DNA from: a virus
Taxonomy: Duplodnaviria; Caudoviricetes
IMG/VR virus record: IMGVR_UViG_3300037634_006988
Location: 23,916 to 87,915 of that record
Strand: one strand, 5' to 3'
DNA length: 64,000 nt
Part shown: positions 1-12,100 of the stretch, in pieces
How the letters are laid out: the number at the start of each line of letters is the position of its first letter
How positions within the stretch are numbered: position 1 is the stretch's first letter
Translations under genes and position numbers: made by a program
Notes under the pieces: model-generated
The model's input: the letters and a program-made list of their open reading frames with translations, nothing else
What the model was told of the DNA's origin: nothing
Database searches by the model: none

Positions 1-1352
1 TGCGGAGCTTTGTTTTTATAAGGCTTAAAAGCAACTTTTGTATAATTCTGGTCTGATTTAAACGGTAAATCATCGGAGGCCAAAAAATTAAATCCCATAT
101 TCTTTGAAGTTCCCCAATATCCGTCCACATAATCTTTTATGAACATCGCCCCCATCTCTGTATCTTCAAAAAGTTTAACAACTTCAGATTGAGAAGTGTC
201 GGAAGTGGAAAAATTAATTTCACAATACATTGGAAATCTGTTCGCAATTGGATTAAGTGAAGAAAACATTTCAATGTTCGACATGGGAACAATTTGATGT
301 TTAAATCTTTCGGCTAAAGTTGGTTTTGCTGTCCCAGCAACAGAGCGTTCAAAACTAGAAAAATCTGTATTAACAAAGGGAATATTCTCTGATGGCCCAA
401 CTTGTGGAACAATCAACCTTGATGCATATTGAGCGTATGCATAAGCATATTTGTCAAAATATTGTCCTTTACTAATATCAGCTTCAACTGTTTGAGATCT
501 AGCCCCAGCGTTATAAGTAACATCCGTTGCAACCCGCGCCTCTTTAATAGCATTATCTAAGGTTATGTGTTTTTCGAAAACAGTGTCTACAGTTGCTGGA
601 TCTATATTTCCATTTGGATCCCGCTCGATTTTACTATCATCACCCATTACACTTAGAAACGAATATAGACTTGGCAACATACTTTCTGGCGGTTCTTTGT
701 TTGGATCCTCTTGTGTTAAAATAGATTCATAAGACTGAACATAAAAATTATAAACTGGTTTAATTTCAGCCTCTTTAACGGCTACAGAACCATAAAAATT
801 GTCTTCAATATTTTTTTTGTTAATAGGGGCTTCATAATAAAATACACAATCTTCAAATTTTATTGGTTCACCACCATCACGAAGCTTTGGAAATGTTGAA
901 ACAATATTATCATTAGTTAAGTTTTGTTCAATCGTGGGAAGTCTTGGTGCTGCATCATCATCAAGCACTTCCAACCATTTGTCTAGAGGGTATTGAATTT
1001 CTGGATTGCCGCAAGCAGCTATATCTGCCTCATTATAATTAATTGTTACTTTTTCTGTTTTAGGAAAAGTGTTGGATGTATCTGAAGTGTAAGGTAAACC
1101 GAATCCACTTGCTGTCCTGTTGCTTATTTCAATGGCTCCGCCCCCAACAAATGACACTGCGCCCCGACCCGCTTTATTCCAAATTCTATTCATACGATAA
1201 CGCATAAAGTCAATTGGGCCTGGAGTCTCATATTCAAAAAATGGCTTATCTATTGGCGCATTACTTCCGAATGAAGTTTCACTATAAACCCCAACTTTTC
1301 GAGGTTGTGGGTGCGAGATTGTTGTCCCGCCTTGAGAATTTCTAGGTGCCAC
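1..1352 (-). CDS. Hypothetical (probably virion structural) protein, C-terminus truncated by the window edge
   Basis: Manual translation: the frame is open from GTG at 1352 (preceded by GGAGGAGG, overlapping the TAG of the upstream gene) to position 1, MAPRNSQGGTTISHPQPRK... Absent from the ORF track because it runs off the edge. Confidence 0.75.
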   Translation of the reverse strand, partial: MAPRNSQGGTTISHPQPRKVGVYSETSFGSNAPIDKPFFEYETPGPIDFMRYRMNRIWNKAGRGAVSFVGGGAIEISNRTASGFGLPYTSDTSNTFPKTEKVTINYNEADIAACGNPEIQYPLDKWLEVLDDDAAPRLPTIEQNLTNDNIVSTFPKLRDGGEPIKFEDCVFYYEAPINKKNIEDNFYGSVAVKEAEIKPVYNFYVQSYESILTQEDPNKEPPESMLPSLYSFLSVMGDDSKIERDPNGNIDPATVDTVFEKHITLDNAIKEARVATDVTYNAGARSQTVEADISKGQYFDKYAYAYAQYASRLIVPQVGPSENIPFVNTDFSSFERSVAGTAKPTLAERFKHQIVPMSNIEMFSSLNPIANRFPMYCEINFSTSDTSQSEVVKLFEDTEMGAMFIKDYVDGYWGTSKNMGFNFLASDDLPFKSDQNYTKVAFKPYKNKAP

Positions 1353-4300
1353 TATAGCCACCTCCTCCCTTTCCTCGACCAGGCTTCATTAAGCCCACAT
1401 CACGTCCAGGTTGTTTGGTTGTGGTTGGGCCTGTCATTCCTTGAACTTCTGCCGGTGGTCTACCAGGATCAAATGGTGGCTTAGACAAATTTGGTTTTAC
1501 CATAAGGTTGGACATAATGTCGTCTACATCCCAGTTGGATGTAACTGCATCAAGCATGGGGCCGGTGGGAACAACACCTGGAATATCTTCGGCACTCGTG
1601 GTGGGGTCTAAAGTTGAAGTCGTAGTCAAATCTGGTCCCCGTGCCGTTGTTGGACCTTTGGGTTTAATATTTGGTGGCGATAAAACGGGTTTGCGAGGAC
1701 TTTCTTCTGTTCCACCACCACCAGTATTTAAAATAAAATATTCATCATATGTGGGCAAATCTGAACCCGGGTGTCTTTTTATTTTAAGTGTTCCGTTTTC
1801 CCACGGTCTTATTCTACATAAAAGATTTTTATGACTCATAGTATTATATGCCGCTCGGTTTAATGTTTTCCACACTGGCAAACCTGTTGAAAACTCTTCA
1901 TTATTGCCATATTTTGTTTTTTCATAATGATCCAAATATTGAATTTCTCCGATTGTTTCAAATAATATACGTGCCTTTGGACTTAAGTGTGCGTTTTCAA
2001 AAGGCTCTTTATCTAAGAAATCTGACATCGCGGTTCTTAATGACCCACCGCCAACACCTGGAACTTGTCCGCCCATAGACGAATGACTAATCAATGCTTT
2101 AACTGGGTTCGGCAAATTATTAATCACGTCAACCGGCTCGGCCTTATAAAAACCATTTGGATTAGTTGGACTATAATAGTCTACGCTCTTTTGACTTGAA
2201 CCTTCTGGTAATTGAACGCCTGCACGATTTCCGTCGCTTACAACTCCATTAGAAATCAAATCCCAAAAAATATTAAACGCTTTTCGATTTTCTCCCGTTT
2301 GTGCGTTAGAACCTTTTGTATAATCTTCATTTGGTGTAGAGCTAAAATCCGAAACAGGAATATCACCAGGGTCAACAAAATCTGTTTGGGGTGACGGGCT
2401 TGGGACCGCAGTAAGATTATAATTGTATGAAAGAAAATCTGCCACTTTTTCTTGCAAAGAATCTGTAGAAAGAAACGAAGTGGCGCGTGTCCACGCAGTT
2501 ATTGAGGACGCCATTGAGTTCATAAATGTGCGACTATCAAAATGTGGCATATGAAGTTCGTTATGACCAACTAGAGGTAATGACGTACCTTCTGAATAAA
2601 CAACGGCTGGCGTCAAATATGAAAAATCAGTCACTTGTAATCGATCATCGGGAGTTATGTTTGCAAACCCACTCATATCAAGATGGGCATTTTCGCTGGT
2701 AAATATTTTTAATAATTCTTTTCGAATAATGTGTTTAAAGGTTGTATCTCCAATCATACGAATTCCTGAAGATTCTGGAATGCGAGGGAAACCCGTATAA
2801 TCTGCGCCCAAAAAATCAAATCCCGTGTCGGTCGGCATATTTCCATCATAATAATCTGAAAAAGTATGATCAATTTTAAAAATCTTAGCGCTTGGTTTGC
2901 CACCACTTTCAACATCTATTTGAAAAGTCGTGGAAGATTGGCCAGTTGCGTTTACACTATCTTCAACTTTTGGAAATTTGGACGGTTTTTCTTTCTGAAT
3001 TCCAATCGCCCGGTCCATAAAAGATAATAAATTTTCATAAAGATTTATAAGAACCATACAACCTTGAGGATTTCCTGAAGTGGGGCTAATAAATTCATTC
3101 AACATTTTTACCCACCCTTTGCCTTGTTTGACTGACACAGGCGTAAACATTTTTAACACATCAATATATTGTTCTGCGGCCTGATATGGCGGATTATTTC
3201 CATTCTCACTTATTGCAAAAGCTTGCGTAAATCGATTAGTGGTTGGATTAAAATATGCTTCTTGGGGTGAACCAGTGGCAAACTTATTTCCTGTTTGCGT
3301 ACCTGCATTATAATATTTTTTGAGGCCTCCTAACTCCAACATCAATTCAGATCTCTTTTCAATTAAAAGATCAACAATATTATCTTGTATTTCTAACTCA
3401 ACCATATATTGGTAATAGCCGTCAGTTTGTTCTGAGATGCGTCCGTCTGTACCACTGTAATATAAAATGCCCCCCCCCGTCTTGTCTTCAATGCCACTCA
3501 ATTGACGAATTGACGAAGCTCCGTCCATCGACGCGCCTCCTGAACCTTGAAAAGTATATTCGTTCCCATTCCAAGTCTCGCCCGCATTTATTATCAACTC
3601 TTCAGATGGGTCATAAGATACCTTTTTTGATTCTCCCGTTAATGTTACTGTTCTGCTTATTCCTAATGTTTTGCCCAAATTAGCAGTTGCAGTAAATAAT
3701 GGAGGTAATGAGCGCTGATTTCTCAACAAACCATTATCAAACTTTTTCAACTTAGGGGTTGGCTCAAACTTGTGATCTCCCGGAAAATAATATGGACTTG
3801 TCCCAACTTCTGAACTTCCTACAACACGCTTTCTATATATTTTCATCGAAAGAATACGAACCCTTAACAACGCTTCTTTTAGCCACCAAGGATTAGTGGT
3901 TGATTCTGCTACAAAAAGTTTTGAATAGGGAGTATTTTCTCTCACCAATTTCCTCAAGTCAAGTCCAAAGAAAAATCTGCAATTATTGTCTTGATCTCGT
4001 GATAGATGAATATCAGTAAAATAAGAAAATTTTGTATCCTTTATAATATTTCTTCGATTGTTATTAACTGCGCGTAAGAGATCATTCTCCAACATACTAA
4101 AATTAAGCTCTAATTTATCAAGTCTTTCCTTAATTCTAAAATCTTGAATTTTTGAATTTGTAACAGTTTGTCTAAAAAGATAAGGTTGTTCACCTCTTGT
4201 TGCGTTTGGGTCGTGTGATTCACCACCCATATATCCTGTATATCCCCCCATTGTACCGTAGTGATAGGGTCCAGTCCACAATTTATCAGTTTTAGTTAAA

Positions 4301-5058
4301 CCTGCATCAGTTTTTTCACCTTCAAAAAAAACAAAACCATCCAAGACTAATTCACTATTTCTAAAAACTAAATCTGAATTCATTTTTCCAACTAGGGGAA
4401 AATCATATTCATCATCATTAAGAATTGAATTAGAATCAAACTGCCAGGATTCGGCTAAACTCTCTATATCAAAACTAGCCCACACAAAATAAGCTAAACT
4501 TTCAGGATTGGGTGGCAACTGAAAAGGAGGCGACCATTCTGATTCATTCGTATTTATTGTAAGACCCATACTTTTAATGGCATTCCCATTTCCATCAAAT
4601 TCTGTTAATTGATTTGCTATTGGTTTGCCGTTATCAAAATTAGAAAGTGAAAATGACCACGCTGATGCCCCAGGACCAACATCAATAGAGCCCTCTACTC
4701 CATGTCTTGAGCCAGCCGCCATAGCCCTCGACCAAGTTTGTGTGGCTTCTGGTGTTGTGGTTTGGATAACATGAATCCTTATATAATTTTTTAAAGTGAG
4801 ATTAGTAGGACCCAAAGTTCCAACAGAAAACCATTGAGATATATTTCCGGCACCCAACACATCCTTAACTGTAAGGACTAATTCGACTGTAAGATTTTCA
4901 TTACCGGCTGTTTTCTTGCCTTCACCCTCATAATCAATATGAGGATTTATTTCATTGCGAGTAACACCGGCTTGATTTGAGAGAGTAATCTTACTAATAT
5001 AAACAGTGGGCAAAAATTGTCCAACTGTTTGTTCTGGATTTATTACATAATTCGGCAT
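1342..5058 (-). CDS. Large hypothetical virion protein (1238 aa) with a Pro/Thr/Gly-rich C-terminal tail
   Basis: Long ORF coupled to its neighbours within the structural module; no recognisable catalytic motif. Confidence 0.6.
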   Translation of the reverse strand: MPNYVINPEQTVGQFLPTVYISKITLSNQAGVTRNEINPHIDYEGEGKKTAGNENLTVELVLTVKDVLGAGNISQWFSVGTLGPTNLTLKNYIRIHVIQTTTPEATQTWSRAMAAGSRHGVEGSIDVGPGASAWSFSLSNFDNGKPIANQLTEFDGNGNAIKSMGLTINTNESEWSPPFQLPPNPESLAYFVWASFDIESLAESWQFDSNSILNDDEYDFPLVGKMNSDLVFRNSELVLDGFVFFEGEKTDAGLTKTDKLWTGPYHYGTMGGYTGYMGGESHDPNATRGEQPYLFRQTVTNSKIQDFRIKERLDKLELNFSMLENDLLRAVNNNRRNIIKDTKFSYFTDIHLSRDQDNNCRFFFGLDLRKLVRENTPYSKLFVAESTTNPWWLKEALLRVRILSMKIYRKRVVGSSEVGTSPYYFPGDHKFEPTPKLKKFDNGLLRNQRSLPPLFTATANLGKTLGISRTVTLTGESKKVSYDPSEELIINAGETWNGNEYTFQGSGGASMDGASSIRQLSGIEDKTGGGILYYSGTDGRISEQTDGYYQYMVELEIQDNIVDLLIEKRSELMLELGGLKKYYNAGTQTGNKFATGSPQEAYFNPTTNRFTQAFAISENGNNPPYQAAEQYIDVLKMFTPVSVKQGKGWVKMLNEFISPTSGNPQGCMVLINLYENLLSFMDRAIGIQKEKPSKFPKVEDSVNATGQSSTTFQIDVESGGKPSAKIFKIDHTFSDYYDGNMPTDTGFDFLGADYTGFPRIPESSGIRMIGDTTFKHIIRKELLKIFTSENAHLDMSGFANITPDDRLQVTDFSYLTPAVVYSEGTSLPLVGHNELHMPHFDSRTFMNSMASSITAWTRATSFLSTDSLQEKVADFLSYNYNLTAVPSPSPQTDFVDPGDIPVSDFSSTPNEDYTKGSNAQTGENRKAFNIFWDLISNGVVSDGNRAGVQLPEGSSQKSVDYYSPTNPNGFYKAEPVDVINNLPNPVKALISHSSMGGQVPGVGGGSLRTAMSDFLDKEPFENAHLSPKARILFETIGEIQYLDHYEKTKYGNNEEFSTGLPVWKTLNRAAYNTMSHKNLLCRIRPWENGTLKIKRHPGSDLPTYDEYFILNTGGGGTEESPRKPVLSPPNIKPKGPTTARGPDLTTTSTLDPTTSAEDIPGVVPTGPMLDAVTSNWDVDDIMSNLMVKPNLSKPPFDPGRPPAEVQGMTGPTTTKQPGRDVGLMKPGRGKGGGGYSGT

Positions 5059-6113
5059 TAGCAGTCCTTCAGATCATCTTCGCTTATATCTGTACTATAA
5101 ATATTACGTGCATCAATTTCTGCTTTCTTATCGGCCTCATCACAATCCAAAAAGCGTGTTGAATAAATGCCCAGAGTCCGATCTGTCGCATGTTTGCATA
5201 AAATGTCCTTATCAATCTCATTGTCTATATCAATTTCAAGAAAATATTCCACATAACGAGAATCAAGATCGAAATCTCCCATTCCAGCTATATCAATCTC
5301 GTCCAAATAAGATTCTTTATCTAATAATATACCATCCTTAATTTTTGGAGGATACTTAACAAAATAGAGAGGAGTCATGACTTCGCGAGTTCCGCCTTTG
5401 CCATTGCAAACCTTTTCTTCTTCAATTTCATAAACTTCGATTTCGTAACCCTCTTTTTCAAATTCTATATTTTCTTCCCCAAAATCTAATAATATACCCT
5501 CTTTGTCTGCAAAAACATCAATGTATTCATTACCATAAACATCTGAATCTTTATCTTCAATAATTTCACCAGCAACTTCTTTTTTAATGGCTGTTTGATA
5601 TAAAACATTTTCAACCGTAATTTGCGGAACGTGAATTGCACTTCCAGTTTCTTCTTTTGTCCAAGACGTTGTTTGAGCTGAACTGCTAATAGACCCTATT
5701 AAAAGATTAACATTCCAAGATGGGGCATATGTGGAATTAAGATCGGAGGTCCCAATCATACTTTGAAGAGCATATTGTTTATCTGTTATGGTTTCTGGAG
5801 GTCTTAAATCTAAATCTTCAAAATATCTTTTTTCCCATTCATATTCTGAACGAATTAATTTATTTGCTTTCCTTACTTGAGATTCTACACCTCGGAAATT
5901 ATATTGACCTTCCAATTGTGGAGTGTCTGTTTTTATGCGTTTTTGTATGTCTTTTTGATCCTGTGGTCCATAGGCATAGTTGGAGTCATATAGGATGCCA
6001 TCGTCGTAAAAAGCGTAATAAACTGGCTTAAATTTGCCATTGGAAAGCAAATATTTGCCATATGGTGTTAACTGAACATCGATTACCTGCTCTTGTTTGT
6101 TAAAAAATTTCAT
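5058..6113 (-). CDS. Hypothetical baseplate-region structural protein (351 aa)
   Basis: TAATG overlap with both neighbours; acidic C-terminus; function inferred from gene context only. Confidence 0.5.
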   Translation of the reverse strand: MKFFNKQEQVIDVQLTPYGKYLLSNGKFKPVYYAFYDDGILYDSNYAYGPQDQKDIQKRIKTDTPQLEGQYNFRGVESQVRKANKLIRSEYEWEKRYFEDLDLRPPETITDKQYALQSMIGTSDLNSTYAPSWNVNLLIGSISSSAQTTSWTKEETGSAIHVPQITVENVLYQTAIKKEVAGEIIEDKDSDVYGNEYIDVFADKEGILLDFGEENIEFEKEGYEIEVYEIEEEKVCNGKGGTREVMTPLYFVKYPPKIKDGILLDKESYLDEIDIAGMGDFDLDSRYVEYFLEIDIDNEIDKDILCKHATDRTLGIYSTRFLDCDEADKKAEIDARNIYSTDISEDDLKDC

Positions 6114-9100
6114 TAGCTAGTTCCTCCACCAGTATAACCCGGACCTCTTGCTATAGTCGCTGCCGTGGTTTGGCGTGCTGTTTGTCCTTGTCCTGCCGCA
6201 GGTTCAACTTCTTCAGCGGCTGTGGCTGGTCTCTTTTCGGTGGGTGCAGCCTCTTGTAGTGGTCCCGCTATTTGTGGTTCCCCAGCGTAACTTCCAATTG
6301 TTTCTACTTGCGCGAGTTCCACTAAAGAAAAATGGTCATAAGGCCAATTATAACTATATTCTAATCCCACTGGATTAATATAATTTGACTCTTTAAGCAT
6401 TGATTGTATGCCGAAACCTCTCGTCTCAGTCTGCGGTGTCGTTGCCCAATAATTTATGTGTGCCTTTTTCTTTACCTTAAACACCATCCATCTTATATCT
6501 TCAGATGGTGGAAGTTTTTTGCCACCAAAAAATTCATTTATTCCTGTTGAGTGTGAAAAACTTGATTCATCTAATTCCGCTGTTGTTGAAATTTTTGGCA
6601 TTAATCCTTGCCATATATCAACCAAATCTTGTCTATCAAGTTCATGTTCAAACTCTATCATATACATTGCAAATGGTTCAATTGTGATATTTTTCATAAA
6701 ATCTAATTCAGGTGGAAGAATGTATTTATCCATTAATCCTCGCAATTTGCTAATAGAGGTATTTTTTTTGGGATTTTGAAAATTTCTTCTAGCTGCTGGT
6801 TTATGCACCCCAAGCGAGAAAAACCACTTACCCATAATTTGTTTCGACGTAGTTCTGGCCAAGTCTGAATTGCGCCCAAACTGTTTGGTGCTAAACGGTA
6901 TTGCCACAACTGCTTCAGAAATTGTTTTTGTGTCCGCAATTTGTCCGATTTGTCGTGTTAAACTAGTTTCATCAATCGGCAATCGCGATGGCCCCCCTTC
7001 GAAAATCGAAGAGTCAATAGTTGCACCGGCCGCTGTAGTTGGTGCTTTTTGGAACCATTGTGTCATGTCTTCTACATCTTGTCGATTTAGAAATTCATTT
7101 GGTACTCGTTCAATTCCAAAAAAGATTCCCTTATTGTTTATAGGAACTTCGCCGTAGCCGCTCCACATTCCACGTCCATATCCTTGTTCTGGTGTTTGTG
7201 AAGATGAAAAATCTAAAACAGGAGTTTCCATGTGAGGTGAGATAACCCACCGATTTAAAGCTTGATCTGATGGATTTTCAACCTTTAAACCTTTGAGTTC
7301 CAAAGAAGCTGTAACATCCATCATTTGTTGAAATGCTGGAGAAGTTATATAGTTGGCCTTAACCATACCATATCTTGTCCAAGCTTCAGCTCGCGGGTCG
7401 TTGGCCCCCTTAAAACTCATAGTCATATTATTAAATATCCTTCTAAGATTGGGACCATTCCCAGCACCAGGATTTTGTTCATCTTCAACAGAGCCTGTAT
7501 ATATTAATCTTACTCGTGCTTTTCCGTAGAAATACGGGGGAGTTACAGGAGCAAAGGCTGGATCACCATCTCTAAATGCTTTAGCGCCCGAATACCATGC
7601 ATTGTTAGTTGGCGATGCATTTGTCTGAAAGGCATACCATTTCGGACCAAAATATTTTCCGTTGTATGAGCCAGTTACTCCAGCACCACCCGCACCCCAC
7701 ACTGTACCATAATCCCCCACTAAACTTGCCGACACATAACCATTATAATAATCTTGAATCATGATTAATTCATTATTTGGAGCAGTATTTGTTTTTTCAA
7801 TATAAACATCCATTACATAAACTTTACCTGCCAAAATTTTAACACTTCCTTGTGGCAATGATTCAATATATTGAAGGCTTTGATTTTTTAAGAAAAAATT
7901 TGGAATCTCGGCCAAATAATTATGCATTGCACTTCTATACAGATTAGTAACAGATTTTGGGGGTGGCCCAGAAGATGAAAATGTTGCAAACGGTATTCTA
8001 CCGGGTTCCGACCCAATCAGTGCGGAATGATTTATATTATAATATGAAGGTGCATTAAATATTAATCTGTGTGAATCTTTTTCTGCTTGCCCTTCGGCAG
8101 CAGGCTTCCATGCTGGTGTATAATCTAGAGGATCCAATAAAGACTTAAAAGGAAACCGAGTGGTTGCTGTGCCTGTAATTTGCTGGTATCCCCACTCTCC
8201 ATAGCCAATAGTATTTAATCCAATACTACCTGTAAAAACCGGCCAATCAACAGCAACCCCAGATTTAATTGTATTGTATAAAATTCCCGGCGCGAACCAC
8301 GGCTGCAATAACGTTTGCAAAGCTAATTGTTGAGAGCCAGATTGAACCCTGGGATCAGCATTTGTTGGCACACCAGCCGACCACGTTAAAGCTCCACCAG
8401 TAACATATTGACCTAAAGCGCCGGAAAATAAACTAACCAATTGAGTTGATCGGTCAGATGGATAAAAACCCTTATATGGCAATAATTTTTTAACAGCGGT
8501 GCATTTTAAGGTAATTTGTTCTAGTTTATTGTTTTCTGCAAATGTTCCAAAATATTTTTGGAAATCTGAAAATGAATATTCTTTAAAAAAGTTTCTATCA
8601 AAATTTCGTATGTTTGTGTTTGATGGAGTTGCATCACCAACATCGGCACTTTGTGTGATATTGCCACCATTTAATAATAAAAACTTATCATTTTTTGCAA
8701 AAAAACTATCTTTTGTTTCTGTATAATATTCCATATTATCCGAAATTCGAAATTCTGGTAAAACTGTCCACGCTTTTGAAAGTCCTCGAATATCTTCAGC
8801 ATAATCTTCATAAGAATCAAACCACGGATTTTTTCCAGAATCTCTCGCAGCTGTCCATTTCATTCCCTTACAAAATTCAGCAGAGGCTGTCTGTGGAGCA
8901 TCTCCCGCGATATAGCCATATATATCACTACAAGCTGCTGCATTACAATATAATTCATATCCATAATATGGAAGCCAATAATAAAAAGCTGATGCGGACG
9001 GTTTGATATAAAAGTTATGACTCCATGCATTTTCTAATATTGATCCTGTTACTCCCCCACACAAACCGCCAAGTTTATAAATATTGATTGAATTAAGTTC

Positions 9101-12100
9101 GCCCGTATCTTGACCATTATTGTTCGCATAATTGGAAGAAGCAGACAAAGTGCCAACATCCAATCCAACTGCTGGGTCTGGTGAGCCACTCGGCGGATAC
9201 CATACTAATGGTTCCTCCCCAAAACACCATACGCTTCTTGCTTGACCATCTTGATTTCCGCAAGAATTGGAAATTGTAGTTTGAAAACGAGCATACGCTT
9301 TTGCTGGGGCAATCGCGGCAGCTGGTCCGAGATCCGGAGCAACATACCTGTTTCGATTATAATCTGCATTTCTCCACAGTGTTCGCCTCTGATCCGGGTT
9401 GCGATCAATTCCATTGCTTCCCAAAGATAATGAAGCTGTTGGAGGAAACGCAGAATTTACTGAGGCAGTTTCTGCATATTTTGTTCTTCCGCGAGTTTCT
9501 GCAAGTCCTGTGTTGGCTCCGCGTGGATAAATAACTTCTGGATATATTAAGTTTTGGAATGCTGCCTGATAATCAGAAGCTCCTCTTAATTTATCATAAA
9601 TTTGTATATCAGATTTATAATTTACTCCACCAAGATATTCAGCAATAGACAGTTCTCGTTGATTAAGGGGCAGCCATCTTTGGGTCCAAAGACATTTATT
9701 GTTTCCATAAGAATGCCTTAAGCTAATTTTAGGATTTTGAAGGCGACTTGTGAGCGCACGGTATTTAAAAGTAACTGGCGGCTCAACAAAGTTTTTAATA
9801 TTGTTTGGTCCTGTCCGAGGATCAAAATAGGTTGCAGGCCTATTTGTTCCTGAACCATGAAGAACTGTCACAACTCCGCGTTTGGACCCAACAGAAAGGA
9901 TATTATTATTCTTGTGATACCGCGCAATCGGTGTTTCGCCAGTTCTAATTTGTTTCCAAGTTGGATGTTGATATGGACCATTGCGATGAAGATTCAATGA
10001 ATTGAGCACGGTTCCAGAATTAGCGGGCAATGAGGCAACTTGTCCGCGATAAGCCCCCAAACGAGCGTCCAATGGATAACCCAAAAGATTTGTTGAGGAA
10101 GTAAGAGGTTCATAAATTAATGAATTTAATCCCACAAAATCAGCACTAATTCCAAGTGCGCCTGTAACACTCGCACTAATAAATGGAATTGCCGATTGTG
10201 TTATTGAAGTTGTGCCAGATGGGACCGAAAACGGAACAATTCCACCCCAATCATGTGCGCCAATATGCCCCAACATATTACATGCAGATTTAGAAACTGA
10301 CGAAGTTATCCACGCATATTGAAAATCGCTTTGAGGAATCGGGTGTTGAATATACCAATTATCATAATTTATGCTGCAAGTTGAAGCTCCATCCGCAGGA
10401 ACTTTCCAAGGATTTCTATTAACCTTGTGATATGATGCAATCACACCATCATATGAATATGCATTAACTGTGTGTTCTGCTGGAGTTGTGCCATCTCCTG
10501 GGCTTCCTGTTGGATCAATTCCAAATTGTCCACAATGCTCTGTTAACCAACTATCTAATGCTTCACGTACAATCAGATTTCGATAATTTAATTCATTGTA
10601 AACAGAATATTCTTCTGCATTAACATCCATTGCACCACGAGGACTAACCTCGGGTCCACCAGGAGCATTAAATCTTTCAACAAAAATAGATTTATTTGTG
10701 CCCGTTAAATCAAATCTTGGAAGAGCATAATCAATTGCACCACTAAAAATGCCAGTGTCAGATGATGTGGGAGAGAAACCACCATTCTTTACAAAAAACC
10801 TATTATTTAATCTGCGACCAGATGTTTGAAGAATTTGATAACCAGTGGTATAATTGCCCACAACTGCCGACGATGTTCCCCATTTAATATTACGAATGTT
10901 TAGTGGTCGTTTTGCGTATTCATCGCGAATCATTGTTGCACGAGGTTGATCAACACCTCTTTGAGAAATGGTTAAAACATTAGATGCAAATGATAAATCC
11001 CACGCTTCGGGCCTGGTGTCGGTCGTGTCAGTCGATGCTGAATTAATATTTATATGACGATGCTGTCTTCCTCCAACATGCGCGTCAGTAAACGGACCTT
11101 GAACTGGAACTCCTTTATCATCTCCATAAACATCATCATGATAATTGTCAACTTCTGTTTTAGCTCTAAAATTTGTTGAAACATCGGCCACATAACCAGT
11201 TGTAACAGAGGAACTATACAAACTAAATGGGGCAAATATCTCACTTTTGCCGCTTGTATAACCATAAGGGTTTGTAGAATTAGCAACTTTAGCTTCTAAT
11301 CGATCTTTAGAATTGGGAATAATGACATCATCACAGCCAATTTCAGCAGGAATGCTGGAAGCAGCAATATCTAATTGTTCGGATGAACCAAACTTAAGTG
11401 CTTCGTGAGTATATTCCACTGTTTTGGCTCTTGGAAAATTAGAACCGCCATGAATTTCTAAAGACTCATCAACAGCCAATCTATAAATCTTTGTAAAATT
11501 CCTTAAAGCATATGCTTGGCCTTCATAAGTTGTTGTAGTTGCGGTTGAGTTTCTTGAAACCGCCAAAGTTGGTCCACTTCCACTACGGAAATCATCCGAT
11601 AATCGAACATCGTCACGTTGACTATCGACGGTTGAATCGCCAGAAGTAATATTAGAGTTGTCTCTATTGGCACGTCGCAGCCACCATTCGCAATTTGATC
11701 CAGTAGCAGTTGTAGGAATTGGCGCAATTCCACGCTTTCCTGAATAAAGCATTTCATTGATACCAAAAACACCAGCTTCTGGATCAGACTGCTTCATCTC
11801 CAAAGTAGGAAATTTAGACCAATATTTATTTCTTTCAAGAACGTGACTTTCAACCATAGTTCGCAAGTTTTCAGAAAAACGTGCAGAACCAGGCACAAGT
11901 TGTTGCAACATCACAGACAACGCCGAGTCTAACCATTTAAAATATTCAACAAATTTGTCGAGATCAATTGTGTTTTGAACTCTTTCAAAATAAAGTTGAC
12001 GCAACTTTTGCATACTTTTATATTCTTGGCGATAACGATTGACTGGCTCACCAATAAGATTATTAAAATCAACAATCGTTCCAAAAATATCGAGCATTTC

